A stretch of 61,869 nt of DNA, the filler included, from Rhabdomonas costata (lineage: Eukaryota): the NCBI GenBank assembly GCA_019059605.1. It is 17 parts of 17 records of this genome, joined end to end, with 100 filler letters (N's around TTAATTAATTAA, not from the genome) between each part and the next. Parts side by side here need not be neighbours in the genome. Positions count along the whole stretch, not along the records: positions 1 to 3,583 come from JAHMHO010000735.1; positions 3,684 to 7,238 come from JAHMHO010000736.1; positions 7,339 to 10,892 come from JAHMHO010000737.1; positions 10,993 to 14,544 come from JAHMHO010000738.1; 13 more parts are not named here. One strand, given 5' to 3'. The notes below the pieces were generated by a model that saw nothing but the letters and a program-made list of their open reading frames with translations, had not been told where the DNA came from and searched no databases. A program made the position numbers and the translations under genes. Below are positions 1 through 11,601 of this stretch, piece by piece (within the stretch, counting starts at the first letter, position 1; each line of letters begins with the position of its first letter).

Positions 1-6
1 TGTGTG

Positions 7-87
7 GTGTGCGTGTGCGTGTGCGTGTGCGTGTGCGTGTGCGTGTGCGTGTGCGTGTGCGTGTGCGTGTGCGTGTGCGTGTGCGTG
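7..87. repeat. (GTGCGT)n hexanucleotide microsatellite
   Basis: About 13 perfect GTGCGT units; this explains the spurious poly-RV ORF 9..197. Confidence 0.95.
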
Positions 88-405
88 AACGCGTGCGACG
101 TGTGTTTGTAGCAGTCCAGTGGCCTGACGCGTTCCTGTCGCCATCTTTCAAATGTGTTCATTCGTGCATGTGTGTATGGGTGGGTGGTGGGTGCTGAGTC
201 CTGGTGCTCTGGATTGCACTAACTCGTATAGGCACCCAAAGAGGGGAACAAAGACCGGTGTTCAGCTGCAGCTGCAGCTTCGACCCGTAGGTCCCTTCGA
301 CACAGCGATTTTTAAATTCAAAGGTGCACCATGCACAATGATGAGCTAACTCTTTGCTTCTCGAATGTCCTGTGGCCCCATGGAACTGAACTGTATGGGG
401 CATAC

Positions 406-1998
406 CCTTAGAGGGCAGGACGGTGATCACACAATACAGCACGTCGCCATCTTCATCAGCGTGGGGAAGCTCAAAGGAGATAAGCTTGTTAGAGGGGGCA
501 GTCACCCTAGCACCCTGGGCTGTGGGGATGTGATTGACCCGGAGCACAACCTGTCCCTTCGCAAAAAGAAATACGAACGACGCACGACATGCACAAGGAA
601 AGCGTCTGTTTTTTTGGTGGCATTCGTATAGGCGGGCATATGAACACTGTACCGTCGGATTGGCAACTGCGCTTCCTCCACCTTCTACCACTTTTGGTCA
701 CCGGGGCATTAAAAACCACTGGATTGCTTCTCCGTGTGATTTGCCCATCTTTGCTGTCATTATCCCGTGATGCAGTCCAGCTTAGAGAAGAAAAAACCCT
801 GAACTCCCAAACGAAAATGTACCGCCCGAGGGGTGAGAAAGATACCGTCGCAATGCTGCCGTCGTCCAGAGTGGCAGTATACGTGAAGCGGTCCCCGGTG
901 AAGTTCTCCGAATGGCTCTGGTACACCAAAGTTGTATTCGCAGGTACAACGCTGCCGGTGGAACTCACCACTACACCCCCAGCCATCAGGGTCCCTTGGG
1001 TGGGAAGGACAGCGACACTCATGTCTAAAGCCATTGTGACATCCACCGCACTGCTCGGGATGTAGCTCACCACAACATAGGGCTGCTCCGAGTGGAAGAT
1101 CGGCGCGGCGTTGGCGGCGTGGAAGGGGCGAGTGGCGCCCCCGCAGGAGGTGTCCTGCAGGTTGGTTCTGTCCACGAGGGGCAGGGGAATGCCCTGCGCG
1201 GAGAGGGCCAGCAGGCCATCGGGGCTATCCGTGAGATCATCGAAGTGCCACTGCACCACCAGGTTGGGGGTGTCCTCTGGAAGCCTGGTGCAGTGTAAAG
1301 AGAGAGCTGTCAGTATTAGCGGGGACTACGGTTATAGTCTATTTCTCCCGACTCTCACGTGGAAGGAGGCAACCACGCCATTACTTTGAACTTTCATGTT
1401 GCTGAGGCTAAATGAAAGTGTTCTGAGTAAACGACCCGACAGCGGGCTGATGGCAGAATCTGCAATACAATCATCCCAAACCTAACCCTAAATATAAAGC
1501 AGACCAACCATGAAGATAAAGGTCTGCAACACTTACCAGCAACCTTGACATTTCACACTGCACAACCCCCTCCCAACCCTACACCACCCCAGCCTCCTCA
1601 CAATACCGGCGGTACATGTTGGTCAGCACGGTCTCTTCAGAGAGCGTGGCGTTCCAGATTCTCACCTCGTCCACATACCTAGGAAGCAGGTTGTTGGTTG
1701 GAAAGTCAAACAATACAGCCTCAAAGCAACAAGAACTCTGACAAGCATACAGAGGAAGAAACCAGAAAACTGCCCTTGGCGGAAGCAGTGGAGCAGACCA
1801 GGTACAATGAATTTCACAACTTAAAACGCTCAAAGGCACACACACGCACACACAGACCCAAGCATGTTCATGCTGGTGTCGCTGCTAAGGGTTTCTGAGG
1901 ACCAGCTCGTCACGAATTTCGAGATCACAAAGAAGGCGGTGCTGGCAAAGGAAGGCACGCTCCAATTGAACCTCCCAATTTCCTGCCCGTCCACGTAT
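406..1998 (-). CDS. Partial multi-exon extracellular protein: LamG/concanavalin-like C-terminal half followed by Ig-like (tandem-95/cadherin-like) repeats
   Basis: GT-AG exons 1998-1858, 1678-1607, 1284-846 and 550-406 splice in frame to YVDGQEIG...G-YVDEVRIWNATLSEETVLTNMYRRLPEDTPNLVVQWHFDD (LamG end), then LVYQ..FTGDRFTYTATLDDGSIATVVLRVNHIPTA..DEDGDVLYCVITVLPSKG (Ig-like repeats). Confidence 0.75.
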
Positions 1999-2173
1999 CT
2001 GTGGCAACAGAGAAAAAAGGCTGAGAAGCACCATTAAAAAACAAACAACGCTACCTGTGAACTGTACACGAGGACGAAGAAAGAAGCGAAAACCGAAAGG
2101 AAGAAAAACTTCTCTCAACCATGTGAACACCCGCAACACAGCAAGCAATCGACCCCCATGGCGACCGGAACAC

Positions 2174-3233
2174 CGTCCCCCCCTCCCATAGAGCGGCTGT
2201 TTCTGTACATAGGCTAAGAAGGCAGCATTTTCAACGTCATTACTGACACGGAAAGTGGTCAGCATTGAAAGGATGCAAAACGTGTTAGGATAGCAGTGTG
2301 GTGGAGACCGGCAGTGCCCCCGGACACTGAACACGTGAATCCAGCACGCAAAGCCTCGGATCCGGAATGGGAAGTTACAATCCGGACATAAGTCACTGAT
2401 CAAACCACCAAGCAAAATCACCCAAGTGTCAGCTATCATCCGGCCCAATGACACAGCAAAAGCGAAAATGGAGAAGCAGACGTGCACGTGCACCGGAGGT
2501 TAAAGAAGTCATTCAGCACGGGCTGGTCCACCGCCAGAAAGCCCTGCTTCCTCACGTTGGCCTTGTAGAAGATGTGCACCAGCGCCTGCGAGAACAACCC
2601 CACCGTCGCCGGGGTGGGCGAGAACAGCAGCACCCCCGCGTTGAACGTCCGTATCCCCGCCGCTGCCAGGGCAGGGTAGTGCTTCTTGACATTCCTGGAC
2701 AGGCTCCACAGCTTGCTGGTGAACCACCCTTCGGCCGGGGCGTACAGATAGCGTGGGTGCGGACGAAGCTGGAACAGCCGCATCACGTCCTCCCGAGCAA
2801 GCATATCCGTGTCCGTGTACAGCACCGTACGGTACTTCTGTAGGTCAGGGTACAGAAGAAACGCGTACTTCGTCATCATGTTCTGGTACCTGTTAAGGGA
2901 GAAGGCAGAAGCAGAATGGGAAGCAGCCCGAACCGCAGGAATGAGAGGTAAACCACCGCAATACAAAGTAAGGGGCCACTGACCTTCTTTCCCCGGTTCC
3001 CCAACAGGGACCCCAACCCAGTCAACCCAAAGTTGCGCACTTTGTGGGCGTTTGCTGTGCCCCACCCTAGCATAACAATAACAGCCCCACTTATGATTCT
3101 CTGAGCCGATGATTCAGACAATCCCAGGGTGGCCACGAGCACACCTTGTTCTAGTGGAGGACAAGAACAAAAACCTCACGTGCAGCACCTCGAGCTCGGC
3201 CAGCAGCGGCAAGGGCAGCGCCTCGTAGGCGAC
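2174..3233 (-). CDS. Glycosyltransferase family 8 (GT-A fold), partial
   Basis: Exons 3233-3175, 2889-2494 and probably 2242-2174. Motifs: KYAFL..YRTVLYTDTDML (DxD), FNAGVLLF, DQPVLNDFF. Confidence 0.85.
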
Positions 3234-3583
3234 CTAAGTTGAAGCAGGGAAAGCCTTGCAGCAAAGCGCACGAGCGCCGAGCCTTGAGCCTTGAGAAGAA
3301 GAGAGATGGAGGGGGGCAGGGAGCGCAGGAAATCGACAAAGACGCCACAGGGACCAATTAAAAAGAGAATATGCAGTCTCCGCCACACACACTCTCTCTC
3401 ACCGCAGAGAGATGAACGAGTCAAAGAAGACCAGTCCGCTGGGTCACAGGAATTATTTTGTTTACGTGGCGTACGTGAGGTCAGGCGCGTTAGCTTCCCC
3501 CGCCCGGGCAACACAGTGCGCAGAGCTCTGAAAGTGCACGCATGTGTGCTAGGGAGCAGCAAATGATGCGGCATAAGGGCCCC

Positions 3584-3683
3584 NNNNNNNNNNNNNNNNN
3601 NNNNNNNNNNNNNNNNNNNNNNNNNNNTTAATTAATTAANNNNNNNNNNNNNNNNNNNNNNNNNNNNNNNNNNNNNNNNNNNN
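3584..3683. other. Artificial contig spacer (N44-TTAATTAATTAA-N44); 16 copies in the window
   Basis: Identical 100-nt six-frame-stop linkers also start at 7239, 10893, 14545, 18195, 21848, 25497, 29145, 32788, 36422, 40062, 43699, 47331, 50963, 54612 and 58241. Confidence 0.99.
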
Positions 3684-3989
3684 GTGGGTGAAATACTCTC
3701 ACACGAACGAAGCATTTTTTTTGGACTCCTTGAGAGAAAATCCTGAAGAGGTACTTCGGCTTACAGCCTCTCCCCAAACACACGGGCACACCTCAGGGAG
3801 CTCCAAATCCTTCCCTGACGAGGAGCTCCCCAGCAGCAATAGCCTCTCGTCAAACCATGTCGAGGCCCCGCTGGGGCATACATACGCCACAGCGCCTTTC
3901 GAGGTGTGCTGGACGCAGTTCAGGCGGCGTAGGCCAGGCACGAAGTGCCCCGGAACGCCCACGATGGGGGCTAAGGCCCGAGGGCAGAC

Positions 3990-5730
3990 CTTGATCTGCG
4001 TTGCGCAGGCGACAAACTGGGCGTCACGGCGGAGGGCCTCCTGCTTGTGCTCCGCCGCAAGCTCCTCCAGCACGGCCTCCGCAGCCTCTCCCTATGAGTG
4101 CCGGCCCTAGAACTTCCCAGCTCTCACATATGTCAACTACAACATGACTGGGGTGTCACAAAGAGCGGGCTGGAGGATAGTTGAAACGCCAGAAGCGGGC
4201 CACGAGCACTCCAACGCGGACGAGAATTTCCTGGGGCATTCAAAGTAACGGCAAAGCCACCAGCCCAACCCAAAGCAGACAAAGAGGTTGCGAAAATGCG
4301 AGAGAGAAACGAGAAAGAGAGAGAGTGAGCGATTTGATGTACAAGCGGTCTTCAGTGTAAAAAGGGCGGTGTGGAGCCCAAGCCTTGCACAAATTATCAA
4401 CTTTCCAACTTTCCGACTGAGTAAGGCAGGAAGGTGTGGGGGAAGGACCTCTGCGAAGCGCGTGCGGAGCTCCACCAGCACGTCCACCACGGATCCCTCC
4501 ACCAACAGGGCCATCTCGTCAGTGGTCAGCGGCCGAGAAAGCATCCACGCCACGGACTTGGCTTTCGGGGGAAGGCGGGCCTCCAGCGTGGCCCGGCGCT
4601 GCCTCAACAGCTCAAAGGCGTTGCACAGCTCCTCCAGGATTCCAGGTGCGCCCGAGCCTGCGTCAACACATACAAGACTGCACTGCTCTGAGGCGAAGGA
4701 GGTGATGGGAGTTGCCATCGCTGGTCACGCACATCCACACACACACAGTCGATGACAGAACTGCACATGGAGTTCACGTTGTTGGAGCATAAGGGAGAGC
4801 TTTCGGCACCGCAAGGCGACCGTCAAGACTTGCAGGCAGAATGCGCAAGTTTCACGAAAATAAATGGAATTTCACGTCTCAGAGTGAGAGTCTGATGAAC
4901 AAGCTGGGAGAGAGAGAGGGAGAGCAGAGCCATGAGGGATGAAGAGCCCACCTTGAGGCGGTGGACGTGCGCAGGATTCAGGAAAATGGGTGACTTCATT
5001 CCGAATAGTCTTGTGCGGTGGGGACATGAACCTACTGTTGATGACGTTCCCCTTTGTTTTCTTGTTTTCGTGTGCGCACGCGTGAGAAAACTCGGAAAAC
5101 ACTATCATGTTAGGACGTGTAAGAAGCGAGCACCGTACACTGGCGCGAGCATGTATCTGGCGGCCTGAAGACCTTGCCCTGTTGCCGTTTTTATGCTTTG
5201 CGTAATCATTCCTGTGTGTTCAGCTCTGATGAATTCGAAGGCAAAGCACGGGACGGTGAAACATGGCAGGAATCGTCCGAAGCAAGACCGGAGGACAACA
5301 CAATACAGCGAAGTGAAAACATCAATAAAAAACACGAGAGAAATGGAAGCAAACTCAACCCGCAAGTGCCCAAGGCAGACACTACCATGCACTGTGGCCT
5401 ACACAGAAACACCAATTAACAGTCCCGGGCAGCACCATGCGCGTCACCATGCAAGAATATATCCCAAGCGCTGTAAAATTTACCAAATCTATAGCTGGGT
5501 AACTGGGAAGGAACATTCTCTGCCCAATGTATCAAACCTGACCTCCCCGCCCTCCCAAAGCCCTCACGTGCACTGCGAAACAAAAAGGGGGCAGACCTCG
5601 ATCCAACTCGACATTAACCTTTGCCACCCCTGCCGGGGAAAGCGCACCGAGCAGCCTTTCCTCCACTGCACTGAGAGGCCTCTGGAGCTGGGGCTCCAAA
5701 AGCCTTGCCAGTACTGTCGCACGGGCCACA
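3990..5730 (-). CDS. Hypothetical multi-exon helical protein (fragment)
   Basis: GC-rich exon-like blocks with GT donors at about 5730-5598 (ARATVLARLLEPQLQRPL..VNVELDR), about 4670-4410 (GILEELCNAFELLRQRR..LLSRK) and about 4090-3990 (VLEELAAEHKQEALRRDAQF). No family recognised. Confidence 0.5.
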
Positions 5731-7481
5731 GCCATGAGCAAAAGAAACCAAAAACAGAAAAGACCCAAACACAATACTAAAACAATCAGCAGCGCATGAA
5801 AAAACAAACTCGGGACCGCGACACAGGCGAAGGACACAGCAGGTCACAGCAGATGCAGCGGTTGAGGCTATTACAGGGGAAACTGATGTGTGGCGAGTGC
5901 ATTTGACGAACGGTAGGGAGGGCGTTGAGAAAGCGATGCTCCTTATAAGAATACTATTAACAAACTTTCAGTAGAATTGTGCAGCGCAGAGTGGGTGTTT
6001 CGGGGCCTACCGATTACTTGGGCGACGGATAACACAATTGCAAACTCGAGATACGCGGCACTCGGTGCGAAGGACCCAAAGTTCGACCTTCACTGATAAA
6101 TCTGCATCACAAACAATGCGGACTTGCCAACTAAGACATGCACACCGATCCTTCCCCCAGACTAACCCCAGCTTTCAAGTTTACTTTATAAGGGCACTTA
6201 TTTCCAGGGGCAGCTCAGTTAAATGCATTCTTGACCATGCAGTGCGGCATCCCGATTACTCTGATCGCCCCCCTACACACACCTCCATCTCGGAACGGAC
6301 GAGGTTCAGGAAACAGGGGAAAACCCACTTTCACACCCGCCGAAACCTCCATTCGGACCCACTACAAAGGACAGACTCGGAACAAGACCGCGAAGAGGCT
6401 CCATTTTAGATGCTGCACTTGCAACGATTTCGAAAAAGCGTGGACCCTTCAACCCGAAACCCCAACATCTATGTTGAAAAAGGTCTTTTGCTTATGAGAC
6501 AACAACATTGATTTTGGGGAAACATGGACGTGTTCACAGAAATTTTGGAAATCGTTTGTTGGGTAGCCTTCCAGCGATTAAAGCTGTTTGCAACAGTCCC
6601 CCGATTCTCCTGGGAAAAAGCAATGCAAATTCACTCCATGGAACACTTCCCTCAAATTCAATTAACACCAGCGTCCAGAACGAGTAGCAAAGGAAAAGTT
6701 GGTAGCCTCGAAGAAGCATGAAAACATCAACACACACAAAGCACACCTGTCACATGGCAGGAACGGCCACTTCTTTTCTTCTTTCAACACAAAACGGCCA
6801 CCTCTTTTCCTCCCTCCGCACACAACACACTGCTCTCCGCAGACCTAAATGGATCTGAACCGATGCTTCAGCGTTCACCCTCAAACCTCTGCTCTTTTCG
6901 AAAGCAGAATTCTTCAGCAAACAGTAAGACCCAAAATGCCCACCATAAAAATGTCAAGGCAGACAAACGAAGGTACGGATGAGAGAAAGAAGGGAACTTT
7001 CCCAGAATATGAATACTGTATGATGTCAACCTTTTCGCGCACCACGCAGGGAAATCCGCGAGGGTTAACAACCAGGAAGTGCTAAAGAAAGATAAAGAGG
7101 AAGACACGACCCAAAGTTGCATGAACGCCGGGAGGGGGATATTTTGCTTGCCGCGTGCACCAGAATCGGAAATGCAGTCGCCGCCGAAATAAAACGCAGC
7201 AAAACAAGAGAGAAACCAAACGAAAAATACCCAAAAACNNNNNNNNNNNNNNNNNNNNNNNNNNNNNNNNNNNNNNNNNNNNTTAATTAATTAANNNNNN
7301 NNNNNNNNNNNNNNNNNNNNNNNNNNNNNNNNNNNNNNTTGTGTTTTTTCACACACCCTGCACTGTTCTTTCATTTTAATTTCTGTCAGTCAGGCACACA
7401 GAAAATAAAATGAAAGAACAGTGCAGGGTGTGTGAAAAAATCCAACAAAACCCCTCTCATTCATGAAGCACCAGGCCCTAC

Positions 7482-8600
7482 CTGTGCTTGCCCTCCCTCT
7501 TCAGCAGACAGCTGGAGTTGCTGAGGGTGGTGGCACGGACGTCGAGCCGCTCCAGGACGGGCAGGGTGGGATCTGGTTCCGTCAGTTCCTCCGCCGTCTG
7601 CAGGTACTTCTTCACAGTCTCAAGTTGCTGCATCCCATCCACCATCGCACACCAAGACAGTGCAAAGTGAAGAGAGAGAAAGTGAAGAAAGCCATTCAAG
7701 AGAAAGAAAAGGAAAGCCAAAGGAAGAGAACAAAAAAAAGAAAAGAATAAACATTCCAAAACAAAAGTAGGCACGCAAGAATTCGCCACCCCCGTTTCAG
7801 GAGAAGAAGAACGCAGGGTTTGAGGGCGGGAGCTCCAGGTTTTCTCTCCGCGAAACAGACTCCTATCAACCGAGAACAAACCAAACACCCCCTTCTCTGC
7901 ACCCTCTGCTCTGTGCCTCTGAAGAGGCGTCTGGCTGGTTCAGCAGGTACAACGCCACCCGGTTGTACAGTCTAGCTTGCTCCAGCTTCGGCAGCTGCGC
8001 CGGTGCCACCCCCAAAATGCTCAACCCGCAGAGGCCTGCCGACCCATCTGAAGCATGCGCTGCAGCGGATCGCGCCGCGGGGGCACAGGAAGATGATGGC
8101 GCCGGGCTGTCGTGGCAGAGGCAGGGGCAAGGGCTTCGGGGTGGGGCAGTCATCAGCTCGACAGCCTTCCGGTGCAGTACGGAGCAGTTCATCGAGCAGG
8201 AACCCTGTGGAGAAAAAGGAGAAAAAGAACCAAGGGCAGCCAGAAGCAAGACCTGATCACCAAACGCAACAAACGGCGCGAATCATTGACATTGCTCAAA
8301 AAAAAAGAGAGTGCTTGTAACACCATTTATTGTGGTGTAGACCTGTTCTGCAGAGCCCAAGGATTGGCAGCGTTATAGCTGAAGGGGGTTCAGAACGGGA
8401 ATGAACGTGACACATCGGGTATCGTCCTCACAATAAGAAAGTTAAGGACGCGTGAAGGAATGTGAGTCGCACGACACCCCCCTCCCCCGTCTGATTATTC
8501 CCCAACCGACCTTGTGCATGAGGCGCAGGGTTAGCTCTGAGAGGTCCTGCAGCCCCAGTGTGGCCGCCGAGGGCAAACTCATTGATAGGACCAAAGAGTA
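7482..8600 (-). CDS. Hypothetical multi-exon protein (fragment)
   Basis: Exon-like blocks at about 8600-8511, 8203-7902 and 7650-7482 (..LEQARLYNRVALYLLNQ..; QLETVKKYLQTAEEL..TTLSNSSCLLKREGKH). Possibly TPR-like, not confirmed. Confidence 0.45.
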
Positions 8601-9777
8601 AAGCCGAAAGTACTGACAGTACTGACAGGACATGAAGCCGATACGGAAACACCAACATAGTACTTGACATGAAAACCTTCATTTACAAAGCTTTCCGAAG
8701 GTGAACGTGGCATCTGGTATCGTCGTCCTGACTCACGAGAACACCAGTGGGTAAGAAAGTGAAGGTAAGGTTAGGTTAGGGTTAGGTGACTTTGCCGGCG
8801 TTGTGTCCTCTGCTTCCCTGCTTGCAGAACAGGAGAGAACTGGAATGGTTCAGGAGAACAGGTTTGCAACAGCAGCAGGGTATGATCACCAAGGGTCCGT
8901 TAAGGAACTTTTTCTGTTCGGATATTGGAAAAACTTGGCTTGTTGAGCTTACAGCCCTTCACAGCCCCAAAAGCTATCGCCCATGGGCCATATGAGTGGG
9001 CGAGACAAATAAGAAACTGCTCTCTGAATGAATTGTCATACCCCCGTATTATTCCTCCTGTGCGTGCCAACAAAGTGGACTACACTCTGTGACAACTTTC
9101 CTGAAAGTGAATTTGCTATGACTTTAAGGATGTTCTATTATGGCATTTAAGGAGGTTCTAGGAGAGTTCTAGGAGGTATCTCAACCTTGGAAAAGTTAAG
9201 CTCTGGGGATCTGAAGGGGGCGGGCCACCCCTTTGCACAGCAACGCACCCTCTTGAGGAGTTCCAGTGGTCGTCACTAACTCCAAGCTTTCCATGTTTCT
9301 GAAAGAAGTCTTTACTCACGTTTAAACGGGAGCATTGCCGTTCCCAGAGAAACAGTTTATCTATACTGTCCATTTTTCGGAGACCAAAAAAATCGGCGGA
9401 ATTTGAAATAGCCTCACCTCGGCAGCCTGCGCTTGAAACTTGCTCTGAGCACAAAAAACACTGAACATACAAGGAGCCAAGGAGCCAGCCAGCCAGCCAG
9501 CCAGCCGATTGAATGAGTTCCAGCAATATGCGTGTTGCCGGCAAACCAGTTTCCGCCTCGGGCATAACTCACGCAATCGGGAGCTATTTACACGCGAAGC
9601 AAGAAGCCATAAGTGGGAGCCAACGGCGGCGGAGGGCGCTGAAGCAACAACAGCAAACTAAATGACAACAATACCACGCCGAGCACCGAATACCCATATC
9701 GATTGAACCCACCCACGCGACCACCCAAAGGCCTTAAAACCACCTCCAAGCAAGGTTATGGCAATACGTTTTTACCC

Positions 9778-10726
9778 TTACAGCCACAGCTGCCTCGTCT
9801 TCTTCGCCCCGTTGCGGATGTCGTAGATCTGCAAGGTCACCGCACGCCGGCTGCGGATCAGGGTGCGGAACTGCGCCTGAGTCAGGATGTCGATGTCGTT
9901 CACTCGAAGAATAATATCCCCGACCTGAATGCTGTGGAAAGGAAGAGAACACATCAAATTCAACTTCGCTTTGTTTTTTCTTTCACTAACGAAATTAGTG
10001 ATCTCCACAAACCGGCAAAGGAGGGCTGTACTTGAGACAACGGACATCCATGGTGGACCTGTCTAGTTTTCAAAAGAGGTCACACGTATCAATCAGCTGC
10101 GGAGTGAAGAACCAAAAGCGAGCAAATGAAAGCATCCCAGAAGCACAACAATGACGTGCACATGTTTTGTATAAACTGACAGCATCAACACGAAAAGCTG
10201 TTCATACCGTATTTTCATGCGAATTTTCTCTTGACTGATTTCAGCCAAGCTACATTCAGCGACGTGGTAACTTTTCGGTGGCCCACGCTGCCCCTCTGGC
10301 ATGCTCCAATGACCTTAATGACTTCAGGCGACGTCTCCGTGATAGCAGCTCCCTGTCATAATTAATGATTAAAATTGGTACCACGCTTTTCACGCAGAGA
10401 GGGACTGCACCCGCAATATTGATCACCCAGGTACCACCCCCGAGGACGAGAACGTACCCAGCTCTCTCCGCTTGACTGCCTGGCGCCACGTGCTTCACCT
10501 GCAGCCCCGTCGGCGAGCCCGACCGTATGCTCTTCAGCAGCAGCCCCATGCCACTGCTGCCGGCACGATCGAAGCTCACCGAGGCTGTACTAGCATTCAC
10601 ATTCGGAGCCACAGCTGGGGCGGGCGACGAAGACCCCATGGCAGGTGGGGTCCCGTCAGCAGGTGAGAGTTGAGCAGCTGGAGGAACCTGAACAGCCTTT
10701 ACCACGGAAGAGCAATACTGCACCAA
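9778..10726 (-). CDS. PDZ-domain protein, 3' part
   Basis: Exon ending at 10458 (SFDRAGSSGMGLLL..GLQVKHVAPGSQAERAG) joins the phase-2 exon 9931-9778 (IQVGDIILRVNDIDI..RAVTLQI..stop) to give a canonical PDZ domain. Confidence 0.85.
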
Positions 10727-10992
10727 TACTGCACCAATACTGCACCACTACACATCCTCGTTGCATAGTAGTAGCAAACGAAAGAACGGGGTTACAGTGC
10801 CATTTCATTCACTGTAGCAGCAACATTAGCGAGGAACCACAAAATTACAGCTGCATAAGGAAAAATGAACAGAAGGCGGGGAGGACCCACAANNNNNNNN
10901 NNNNNNNNNNNNNNNNNNNNNNNNNNNNNNNNNNNNTTAATTAATTAANNNNNNNNNNNNNNNNNNNNNNNNNNNNNNNNNNNNNNNNNNNN

Positions 10993-11119
10993 TGAGCCTT
11001 TAATTGGGTTGCTATATTCGACTCTGATCCGAAATGGTTTCCGCTCTTGGAATCGTGGGCACGACCGACAGACTGGACCTGACTGGATGTTGTCTCAGCA
11101 AAATTGCCGTTCCAAAGTC
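10993..11119 (+). repeat. 127-nt exact terminal direct repeat, copy 1 (contig start)
   Basis: TGAGCCTTTAATTGGG...CCGTTCCAAAGTC is identical to 14418-14544. Confidence 0.97.
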
Positions 11120-11601
11120 TTGTTGAACGTCATTAATCCTCTGAGTCTCTCTGAGAGTGCAAAACGAACTCTTTTTTTGCATCGGTTTTTGCTTCGGCAA
11201 TTGGTATTTATCGGATTCTGTGGTATTTTGTCACCTTGACTGTCTTTTGATACTCGTTTCGGTTTCAGATAGCCTTCTGCATCTCTTTTCTCTTTTTCTA
11301 TATCTTTGCATCCTCTCGCTTCCAAGAGGATGGAACCGAGAAGAGCTTCTGTCGTGAGGGTTGCTCCAATTCCCATGGTGCAGTCTTATGAAGCCCACAG
11401 CAACATGAAGTACTCTGTGGGGGAGGACGAGGTGTGCAACCAACTGTTGCTACCAAGATACCATTTATGCTCTCGCGCGGGGTAAGGTGTCAGTTGCAAG
11501 ACAAAAATAATATCCCCTCACTTATGTAAGTACAATTGGCCGTAATCCCCCCTCCTCTAATTTTTGTCCCACAAAGTTAGAACGCATGGTAATGATCCAG
11601 C

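Noticed and set aside
9-197. Poly-RV ORF
   Set aside because: It is the translation of a GTGCGT microsatellite.
8765-8787. TTAGGG-like tract (also CCTAACCCTAA near 1480)
   Set aside because: Only 2-4 imperfect internal units; too short to call a telomere.
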